DNA from: Auanema rhodensis
Lineage: Eukaryota > Animalia > Nematoda
Direction: 5' to 3'
Assembly: GCA_964057225.1 (NCBI GenBank)
Contig: CAXKVF010000072.1
Span: 124,001 to 188,000 of the forward strand
DNA length: 64,000 nucleotides
The position numbers were made by a program, and so were the translations under genes. The notes under the pieces were generated by a model. That model was given only the letters and a program-made list of their open reading frames with translations. It had not been told where the DNA came from and did not search any database. Numbering within the stretch: position 1 is the stretch's first letter; each line of letters starts with the position of its first letter. Positions 53,505-64,000 of the stretch are shown one piece after another.

Positions 53505-56500
53505 TTTCACGTGAAGCGAGTTACATACCAAGTGCACATCACGTGTACATTTAATTAGCATAAATTAAAGTTCACGTAAATTTCAAAGTCATGGTTACCA
53601 TGCACCAATATCAATAAAAATTTGTTTTTAGACTAATATGGACATGGGGAATCTAATTTTGAAAACCGCATCTCTTTATCTTCCACGTGAAGCGAGTTAC
53701 ATACCAAGTGCACATCACGTGTACATTTAATTAGCATAAATTAAAGTTCACGTAAATTTCAAAGTCATGGTTACCATGAACCAATATCAATAAAAATTTG
53801 TTTTTAGACTAATATGTACATGGGGAATCTAATTTTGAAAACCGCATCTCTTCATATTTCACGTGAAGCGAGTTACATACCAAGTGCACATCACGTGTAC
53901 ATTTAATTAGCATAAATTAAAGTTCACGTAAATTTCAAAGTCATGGTTACCATGCACCAATATCAATAAAAATTTGTTTTTAGACTAATATGGACATGGG
54001 GAATCTAATTTTGAAAACCGCATCTCTTTATCTTTCACGTGAAGCGAGTTACATACCAAGTGCACATCACGTGTACATTTAATTAGCATAAATTAAAGTT
54101 CACGTAAATTTCAAAGTTATGGTTACCATGCACCAATATCAATAAAAATTTGTTTTTAGACTAATATGGACATGGGGAATCTAATTTTGAAAACCGCATC
54201 TCTTTATCTTTCACGTGAAGCGAGTTACATACCAAGTGCACATCACGTGTACAATTAATTAGCATAAATTAAAGTTCACGTAAATTTCAAAGTCATGGTT
54301 ACCATGAACCAATATCAATAAAAATTTGTTTTTAGACTAATATGGACATGGGGAATCTAATGTTGAAAACCGCATCTCTTCATATTTCACGTGAAGCGAG
54401 TTACATACCAAGTGCACATCACGTGTACATTTAATTAGCATAAATTAAAGTTCACGTAAATTTCAAAGTCATGGTTACCATGCACCAATATCAATAAAAA
54501 TTTGTTTTTAGACTAATATGGACATGGGGAATCTAATTTTGAAAACCGCATCTCTTCATATTTCACGTGAAGCGAGTTACATACCAAGTGCACATCACGT
54601 GTACATTTAATTAGCATAAATTAAAGTTCACGTAAATTTCAAAGTCATGGTTACCATGCACCAATATCAATAAAAATTTGTTTTTAGACTAATATGGACA
54701 TGGGGAATCTAATTTTTTAAAACCGCATCTCTTTATCTTTCACGTGAAGCGAGTTACATACCAAGTGCACATCACGTGTACATTTAATTAGCATAAATTA
54801 AAGTTCACGTAAATTTCAAAGTCATGGTTACCATGCACCAATATCAATAAAAATTTGTTTTTAGACTAATATGGACATGGGGAATCTAATTTTGAAAACC
54901 GCATCTCTTTATCTTCCACGTGAAGCGAGTTACATACCAAGTGCACATCACGTGTACATTTAATTAGCATAAATTAAAGTTCACGTAAATTTCAAAGTCA
55001 TGGTTACCATGAACCAATATCAATAAAAATTTGTTTTTAGACTAATATGTACATGGGGAATCTAATTTTGAAAACCGCATCTCTTCATATTTCACGTGAA
55101 GCGAGTTACATACCAAGTGCACATCACGTGTACATTTAATTAGCATAAATTAAAGTTCACGTAAATTTCAAAGTCATGGTTACCATGAACCAATATCAAT
55201 AAAAATTTGTTTTTAGACTAATATGGACATGGGGATTCTAATTTTGAAAACCGCATCACTTTATCTTTCACGTGAAGCGAGTTACATACCAAGTGCACAT
55301 CACGTGTACATTTAATTAGCATAAATTAAAGTTCACGTAAATTTCAAAGTCATGGTTACCATGCACCAATATCAATAAAAATTTGTTTTTAGACTAATAT
55401 GGACATGGGGAATCTAATGTTGAAAACCGCATCTTTTTATCTTTCACGTGAAGCGAGTTACATACCAAGTGCACATCACGTGTACATTTAATTAGCATAA
55501 ATTAAAGTTCACGTAAATTTCAAAGTCATGGTTACCATGAACCAATATCAATAAAAATTTGTTTTTAGACTAATATGGACATGGGGAATCTAATTTTGAA
55601 AACCGCATCTCTTTATCTTTCACGTGAAGCGAGTTACATACCAAGTGCACATCACGTGTACATTTAATTAGCATAAATTAAAGTTCACGTAAATTTCAAA
55701 GTCATGGTTACCATGAAGCAATATCAATAAAAATTTGTTTTTAGACTAATATGGACATGGGGAATCTAATTTTGAAAACCGCATCTCTTTATCTTTCACG
55801 TGAAGCGAGTTACATACCAAGTGCACATCACGTGTACATTTAATTAGCATAAATTAAAGTTCACGTAAAATTCAAAGTCATGGTTACCATGCACCAATAT
55901 CAATAAAAATTTGTTTTTAGACTAATATGGACATGGGGAATCTAATTTTGAAAACCGCATCTCTTTATCTTTCACGTGAAGCGAGTTACATACCAAGTGC
56001 ACATCACGTGTACATTTAATTAGCATAAATTAAAGTTCACGTAAATTTCAAAGTCATGGTTACCATGCACCAATATCAATAAAAATTTGTTTTTAGACTA
56101 ATATGGACATGGGGAATCTAATTTTGAAAACCGCATCTCTTTATCTTTCACGTGAAGCGAGTTACATACCAAGTGCACATCACGTGTACATTTAATTAGC
56201 ATAAATTAAAGTTCACGTAAATTTCAAAGTCATGGTTACCATGCACCAATATCAATAAAAATTTGTTTTTAGACTAATATGGACATGGGGGATCTAATTT
56301 TGAAAACCGCATCTCTTTATCTTTCACGTGAAGCGAGTTACATACCAAGTGCACATCACGTGTACATTTAATTAGCATAAATTAAAGTTCACGTAAATTT
56401 CAAAGTCATGGTTACCATGAACCAATATCAATAAAAATTTGTTTTTAGACTAATATGGACATGGGTAATCTAATTTTGAAAACCGCATCTCTTTATCTTT

Positions 56501-59500
56501 CACGTGAAGCGAGTTACATACCAAGTGCACATCACGTGTACATTTAATTAGCATAAATTAAAGTTCACGTAAATTTCAAAGTCATGGTTACCATGCACCA
56601 ATATCAATAAAAATTTGTTTTTAGACTAATATGGACATGGGGAATCTAATTTTGAAAACCGCATCTCTTTATCTTTCACGTGAAGCGAGTTACATACCAA
56701 GTGCACATCACGTGTACATTTAATTAGCATAAATTAAAGTTCACGTAAAATTCAAAGTCATGGTTACCATGCACCAATATCAATAAAAATTTGTTTTTAG
56801 ACTAATATGGACATGGGGAATCTAATTTTGAAAACCGCATCTCTTTATCTTTCACGTGAAGCGAGTTACATACCAAGTGCACATCACGTGTACATTTAAT
56901 TAGCATAAATTAAAGTTCACGTAAATTTCAAAGTCATGGTTACCATGCACCAATATCAATAAAAATTTGTTTTTAGACTAATATGGACATGGGTAATCTA
57001 ATTTTGAAAACCGCATCTCTTTATCTTTCACGTGAAGCGAGTTACATACCAAGTGCACATCACGTGTACATTTAATTAGCATAAATTAAAGTTCACGTAA
57101 ATTTCAAAGTCATGGTTACCATGCACCAATATCAATAAAAATTTGTTTTTAGACTAATATGGACATGGGGAATCTAATTTTGAAAACCGCATCTCTTTAT
57201 CTTTCACGTGAAGCGAGTTACATACCAAGTGCACATCACGTGTACATTTAATTAGCATAAATTAAAGTTCACGTAAAATTCAAAGTCATGGTTACCATGC
57301 ACCAATATCAATAAAAATTTGTTTTTAGACTAATATGGACATGGGGAATCTAATTTTGAAAACCGCATCTCTTTATCTTTCACGTGAAGCGAGTTACATA
57401 CCAAGTGCACATCACGTGTACATTTAATTAGCATAAATTAAAGTTCACGTAAATTTCAAAGTCATGGTTACCATGCACCAATATCAATAAAAATTTGTTT
57501 TTAGACTAATATGGACATGGGGAATCTAATTTTGAAAACCGCATCTCTTTATCTTTCACGTGAAGCGAGTTACATACCAAGTGCACATCACGTGTACATT
57601 TAATTAGCATAAATTAAAGTTCACGTAAATTTCAAAGTCATGGTTACCATGCACCAATATCAATAAAAATTTGTTTTTAGACTAATATGGACATGGGGAA
57701 TCTAATTTTGAAAACCGCATCTCTTTATCTTTCACGTGAAGCGAGTTACATACCAAGTGCACATCACGTGTACATTTAATTAGCATAAATTAAAGTTCAC
57801 GTAAAATTCAAAGTCATGGTTACCATGCACCAATATCAATAAAAATTTGTTTTTAGACTAATATGGACATGGGGAATCTAATTTTGAAAACCGCATCTCT
57901 TTATCTTTCACGTGAAGCGAGTTACATACCAAGTGCACATCACGTGTACATTTAATTAGCATAAATTAAAGTTCACGTAAATTTCAAAGTCATGGTTACC
58001 ATGCACCAATATCAATAAAAATTTGTTTTTAGACTAATATGGACATGGGGAATCTAATTTTGAAAACCGCATCTCTTTATCTTTCACGTGAAGCGAGTTA
58101 CATACCAAGTGCACATCACGTGTACATTTAATTAGCATAAATTAAAGTTCACGTAAATTTCAAAGTCATGGTTACCATGCACCAATATCAATAAAAATTT
58201 GTTTTTAGACTAATATGGACATGGGGAATCTAATTTTGAAAACCGCATCTCTTTATCTTTCACGTGAAGCGAGTTACATACCAAGTGCACATCACGTGTA
58301 CATTTAATTAGCATAAATTAAAGTTCACGTAAATTTCAAAGTCATGGTTACCATGCACCAATATCAATAAAAATTTGTTTTTAGACTAATATGGACATGG
58401 GGAATCTAATTTTGAAAACCGCATCTCTTTATCTTCCACGTGAAGCGAGTTACATACCAAGTGCACATCACGTGTACATTTAATTAGCATAAATTAAAGT
58501 TCACGTAAATTTCAAAGTCATGGTTACCATGAACCAATATCAATAAAAATTTGTTTTTAGACTAATATGTACATGGGGAATCTAATTTTGAAAACCGCAT
58601 CTCTTCATATTTCACGTGAAGCGAGTTACATACCAAGTGCACATCACGTGTACATTTAATTAGCATAAATTAAAGTTCACGTAAATTTCAAAGTCATGGT
58701 TACCATGCACCAATATCAATAAAAATTTGTTTTTAGACTAATATGGACATGGGGAATCTAATTTTGAAAACCGCATCTCTTTATCTTTCACGTGAAGCGA
58801 GTTACATACCAAGTGCACATCACGTGTACATTTAATTAGCATAAATTAAAGTTCACGTAAATTTCAAAGTTATGGTTACCATGCACCAATATCAATAAAA
58901 ATTTGTTTTTAGACTAATATGGACATGGGGAATCTAATTTTGAAAACCGCATCTCTTTATCTTTCACGTGAAGCGAGTTACATACCAAGTGCACATCACG
59001 TGTACAATTAATTAGCATAAATTAAAGTTCACGTAAATTTCAAAGTCATGGTTACCATGAACCAATATCAATAAAAATTTGTTTTTAGACTAATATGGAC
59101 ATGGGGAATCTAATGTTGAAAACCGCATCTCTTCATATTTCACGTGAAGCGAGTTACATACCAAGTGCACATCACGTGTACATTTAATTAGCATAAATTA
59201 AAGTTCACGTAAATTTCAAAGTCATGGTTACCATGCACCAATATCAATAAAAATTTGTTTTTAGACTAATATGGACATGGGGAATCTAATTTTGAAAACC
59301 GCATCTCTTCATATTTCACGTGAAGCGAGTTACATACCAAGTGCACATCACGTGTACATTTAATTAGCATAAATTAAAGTTCACGTAAATTTCAAAGTCA
59401 TGGTTACCATGCACCAATATCAATAAAAATTTGTTTTTAGACTAATATGGACATGGGGAATCTAATTTTTTAAAACCGCATCTCTTTATCTTTCACGTGA

Positions 59501-62500
59501 AGCGAGTTACATACCAAGTGCACATCACGTGTACATTTAATTAGCATAAATTAAAGTTCACGTAAATTTCAAAGTCATGGTTACCATGCACCAATATCAA
59601 TAAAAATTTGTTTTTAGACTAATATGGACATGGGGAATCTAATTTTGAAAACCGCATCTCTTTATCTTCCACGTGAAGCGAGTTACATACCAAGTGCACA
59701 TCACGTGTACATTTAATTAGCATAAATTAAAGTTCACGTAAATTTCAAAGTCATGGTTACCATGAACCAATATCAATAAAAATTTGTTTTTAGACTAATA
59801 TGTACATGGGGAATCTAATTTTGAAAACCGCATCTCTTCATATTTCACGTGAAGCGAGTTACATACCAAGTGCACATCACGTGTACATTTAATTAGCATA
59901 AATTAAAGTTCACGTAAATTTCAAAGTCATGGTTACCATGAACCAATATCAATAAAAATTTGTTTTTAGACTAATATGGACATGGGGATTCTAATTTTGA
60001 AAACCGCATCACTTTATCTTTCACGTGAAGCGAGTTACATACCAAGTGCACATCACGTGTACATTTAATTAGCATAAATTAAAGTTCACGTAAATTTCAA
60101 AGTCATGGTTACCATGCACCAATATCAATAAAAATTTGTTTTTAGACTAATATGGACATGGGGAATCTAATGTTGAAAACCGCATCTTTTTATCTTTCAC
60201 GTGAAGCGAGTTACATACCAAGTGCACATCACGTGTACATTTAATTAGCATAAATTAAAGTTCACGTAAATTTCAAAGTCATGGTTACCATGAACCAATA
60301 TCAATAAAAATTTGTTTTTAGACTAATATGGACATGGGGAATCTAATTTTGAAAACCGCATCTCTTTATCTTTCACGTGAAGCGAGTTACATACCAAGTG
60401 CACATCACGTGTACATTTAATTAGCATAAATTAAAGTTCACGTAAATTTCAAAGTCATGGTTACCATGAAGCAATATCAATAAAAATTTGTTTTTAGACT
60501 AATATGGACATGGGGAATCTAATTTTGAAAACCGCATCTCTTTATCTTTCACGTGAAGCGAGTTACATACCAAGTGCACATCACGTGTACATTTAATTAG
60601 CATAAATTAAAGTTCACGTAAATTTCAAAGTCATGGTTACCATGCACCAATATCAATAAAAATTTGTTTTTAGACTAATATGGACATGGGGAATCTAATT
60701 TTGAAAACCGCATCTCTTTATCTTTCACGTGAAGCGAGTTACATACCAAGTGCACATCACGTGTACATTTAATTAGCATAAATTAAAGTTCACGTAAATT
60801 TCAAAGTCATGGTTACCATGCACCAATATCAATAAAAATTTGTTTTTAGACTAATATGGACATGGGGGATCTAATTTTGAAAACCGCATCTCTTTATCTT
60901 TCACGTGAAGCGAGTTACATACCAAGTGCACATCACGTGTACATTTAATTAGCATAAATTAAAGTTCACGTAAATTTCAAAGTCATGGTTACCATGAACC
61001 AATATCAATAAAAATTTGTTTTTAGACTAATATGGACATGGGTAATCTAATTTTGAAAACCGCATCTCTTTATCTTTCACGTGAAGCGAGTTACATACCA
61101 AGTGCACATCACGTGTACATTTAATTAGCATAAATTAAAGTTCACGTAAATTTCAAAGTCATGGTTACCATGCACCAATATCAATAAAAATTTGTTTTTA
61201 GACTAATATGGACATGGGGAATCTAATTTTGAAAACCGCATCTCTTTATCTTTCACGTGAAGCGAGTTACATACCAAGTGCACATCACGTGTACATTTAA
61301 TTAGCATAAATTAAAGTTCACGTAAAATTCAAAGTCATGGTTACCATGCACCAATATCAATAAAAATTTGTTTTTAGACTAATATGGACATGGGGAATCT
61401 AATTTTGAAAACCGCATCTCTTTATCTTTCACGTGAAGCGAGTTACATACCAAGTGCACATCACGTGTACATTTAATTAGCATAAATTAAAGTTCACGTA
61501 AATTTCAAAGTCATGGTTACCATGCACCAATATCAATAAAAATTTGTTTTTAGACTAATATGGACATGGGTAATCTAATTTTGAAAACCGCATCTCTTTA
61601 TCTTTCACGTGAAGCGAGTTACATACCAAGTGCACATCACGTGTACATTTAATTAGCATAAATTAAAGTTCACGTAAATTTCAAAGTCATGGTTACCATG
61701 CACCAATATCAATAAAAATTTGTTTTTAGACTAATATGGACATGGGGAATCTAATTTTGAAAACCGCATCTCTTTATCTTTCACGTGAAGCGAGTTACAT
61801 ACCAAGTGCACATCACGTGTACATTTAATTAGCATAAATTAAAGTTCACGTAAAATTCAAAGTCATGGTTACCATGCACCAATATCAATAAAAAATTTGT
61901 TTTTAGACTAATATGGACATGGGGAATCTAATTTTGAAAACCGCATCTCTTTATCTTTCACGTGAAGCGAGTTACATACCAAGTGCACATCACGTGTACA
62001 TTTAATTAGCATAAATTAAAGTTCACGTAAATTTCAAAGTCATGGTTACCATGCACCAATATCAATAAAAATTTGTTTTTAGACTAATATGGACATGGGG
62101 AATCTAATTTTGAAAACCGCATCTCTTTATCTTTCACGTGAAGCGAGTTACATACCAAGTGCACATCACGTGTACATTTAATTAGCATAAATTAAAGTTC
62201 ACGTAAATTTCAAAGTCATGGTTACCATGCACCAATATCAATAAAAATTTGTTTTTAGACTAATATGGACATGGGGAATCTAATTTTGAAAACCGCATCT
62301 CTTTATCTTTCACGTGAAGCGAGTTACATACCAAGTGCACATCACGTGTACATTTAATTAGCATAAATTAAAGTTCACGTAAAATTCAAAGTCATGGTTA
62401 CCATGCACCAATATCAATAAAAATTTGTTTTTAGACTAATATGGACATGGGGAATCTAATTTTGAAAACCGCATCTCTTTATCTTTCACGTGAAGCGAGT

Positions 62501-62659
62501 TACATACCAAGTGCACATCACGTGTACATTTAATTAGCATAAATTAAAGTTCACGTAAATTTCAAAGTCATGGTTACCATGCACCAATATCAATAAAAAT
62601 TTGTTTTTAGACTAATATGGACATGGGGAATCTAATTTTGAAAACCGCATCTCTTTATC
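53505..62659. repeat. Tandem 27-monomer duplication (offset 4753 bp); second copy lacks one monomer
   Basis: Shared 177-bp monomer (AATTTTTTAAAA at 54711 and 59464) and the same ordered variant string. The 77A monomer M318 has no counterpart in the second copy. Confidence 0.93.
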
Positions 62660-64000
62660 TTTCACGTGAAGCGAGTTACATACCAAGTGCACATCACGTG
62701 TACATTTAATTAGCATAAATTAAAGTTCACGTAAATTTCAAAGTCATGGTTACCATGAACCAATATCAATAAAAATTTGTTTTTAGACTAATATGGACAT
62801 GGGGAATCTAATTTTGAAAACCGCATCTCTTTATCTTTCACGTGAAGCGAGTTACATACCAAGTGCACATCACGTGTACATTTAATTAGCATAAATTAAA
62901 GTTCACGTAAATTTCAAAGTCATGGTTACCATGCACCAATATCAATAAAAATTTGTTTTTAGACTAATATGGACATGGGGAATCTAATTTTGAAAACCGC
63001 ATCTCTTTATCTTTCACGTGAAGCGAGTTACATACCAAGTGCACATCACGTGTACATTTAATTAGCATAAATTAAAGTTCACGTAAAATTCAAAGTCATG
63101 GTTACCATGAACCAATATCAATAAAAATTTGTTTTTAGACTAATATGGACATGGGGAATCTAATTTTGAAAACCGCATCTCTTTATCTTTCACGTGAAGC
63201 GAGTTACATACCATATGCACATCACGTGTACATTTAATTAGCATAAATTAAAGTTCACGTAAATTTCAAAGTCATGGTTACCATGAACCAATATCAATAA
63301 AAATTTGTTTTTAGACTAATATGGACATGGGGAATCTAATTTTGAAAACCGCATCTCTTCATCTTTCACGTGAAGCGAGTTACATACCAAGTGCACATCA
63401 CGTGTACATTTAATTAGCATAAATTAAAGTTCACGTAAATTTCAAAGTCATGGTTACCATGAAGCAATATCAATAAAAATTTGTTTTTAGACTAATATGG
63501 ACATGGGGAATCTAATTTTGAAAACCGCATCTCTTTATCTTTCACGTGAAGCGAGTTACATACCAAGTGCACATCACGTGTACATTTAATTAGCATAAAT
63601 TAAAGTTCACGTAAAATTCAAAGTCATGGTTACCATGAACCAATATCAATAAAAATTTGTTTTTAGACTAATATGGACATGGGGAATCTAATTTTGAAAA
63701 CCGCATCTCTTTATCTTTCACGTGAAGCGAGTTACATACCATATGCACATCACGTGTACATTTAATTAGCATAAATTAAAGTTCACGTAAATTTCAAAGT
63801 CATGGTTACCATGAACCAATATCAATAAAAATTTGTTTTTAGACTAATATGGACATGGGGAATCTAATTTTGAAAACCGCATCTCTTCATCTTTCACGTG
63901 AAGCGAGTTACATACCAAGTGCACATCACGTGTACATTTAATTAGCATAAATTAAAGTTCACGTAAATTTCAAAGTCATGGTTACCATGCACCAATATCA

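Larger units (their letters stand above)
1..64000. repeat. Homogeneous tandem satellite DNA array, 176-bp monomer, ~363.6 copies, head-to-tail (centromeric/pericentromeric-type satellite; family not recognised)
   Basis: TTYCACGTGAAGCGAG recurs at 1, 177, 353... Register is exact at 2641 (15x176+1) and 52801 (300x176+1). Only three +1 indels were seen (54717-8, 59470-1, 61890-5). The consensus has 56/176 G+C. The array runs off both window ends. Confidence 0.99.

Noticed and set aside
61890-61895. Third 177-bp monomer (A5>A6)
   Set aside because: A single homopolymer extension absent from the paralogous monomers M280 and M326; it may be a sequencing or consensus error, so it is not interpreted.
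1-64000. Protein-coding repeat ORF
   Set aside because: Each consensus monomer has stops in all three + frames (TAA 48, TAG 52, TAA 62) and all three - frames (TTA at 47, 51, 61), so no ORF can exceed roughly one monomer (<60 codons).
1-64000. CRISPR array or other repeat-spacer/cassette system
   Set aside because: Palindromic elements recur regularly, but the intervening sequence is the same in every unit. There are no unique spacers, leader or associated genes.
1-64000. Tandem RNA gene cluster (5S rRNA, tRNA, snRNA, spliced leader)
   Set aside because: I recognise no 5S, tRNA cloverleaf or snRNA sequence in the monomer. An Rfam/Infernal search would be the formal test.
1-64000. Information-bearing code in the order of monomer alleles
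   Set aside because: The allele order is adequately explained by nested segmental duplication and conversion; nothing in the sequence supports a coding function.

Overview
The whole 64,000-bp window is one uninterrupted, head-to-tail tandem array of a 176-bp AT-rich (~32% GC) satellite monomer: 363 full copies plus a 109-bp partial copy, all in the same orientation. Consensus (e.g. 1937-2112): TTTCACGTGAAGCGAGTTACATACCAAGTGCACATCACGTGTACATTTAATTAGCATAAATTAAAGTTCACGTAAATTTCAAAGTCATGGTTACCATGAACCAATATCAATAAAAATTTGTTTTTAGACTAATATGGACATGGGGAATCTAATTTTGAAAACCGCATCTCTTTATC. Copies typically carry 0-5 substitutions and I found only three +1-bp indels. There are no genes, RNA genes, transposons or CRISPR spacers, and each monomer has stop codons in all six frames. 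Monomer size and homogeneity resemble a eukaryotic centromeric or pericentromeric satellite core. I do not recognise the family or species, and centromere function is inference only. The informative structure lies in (i) the monomer, which is dense in dyad symmetries and carries CACGTG E-boxes and an octamer-like motif, and (ii) the shared variants. These reveal nested duplications of variable size (3, 5, 6, 7, 8, 9, 10, 11, 13 and 27 monomers), a 46-monomer and a >10-kb long-range duplication, and a likely conversion patch, rather than one fixed higher-order repeat. I found no evidence for a novel gene-encoded system. Monomer numbers (M1 = 1-176) and variant tallies were made by eye and should be confirmed computationally.
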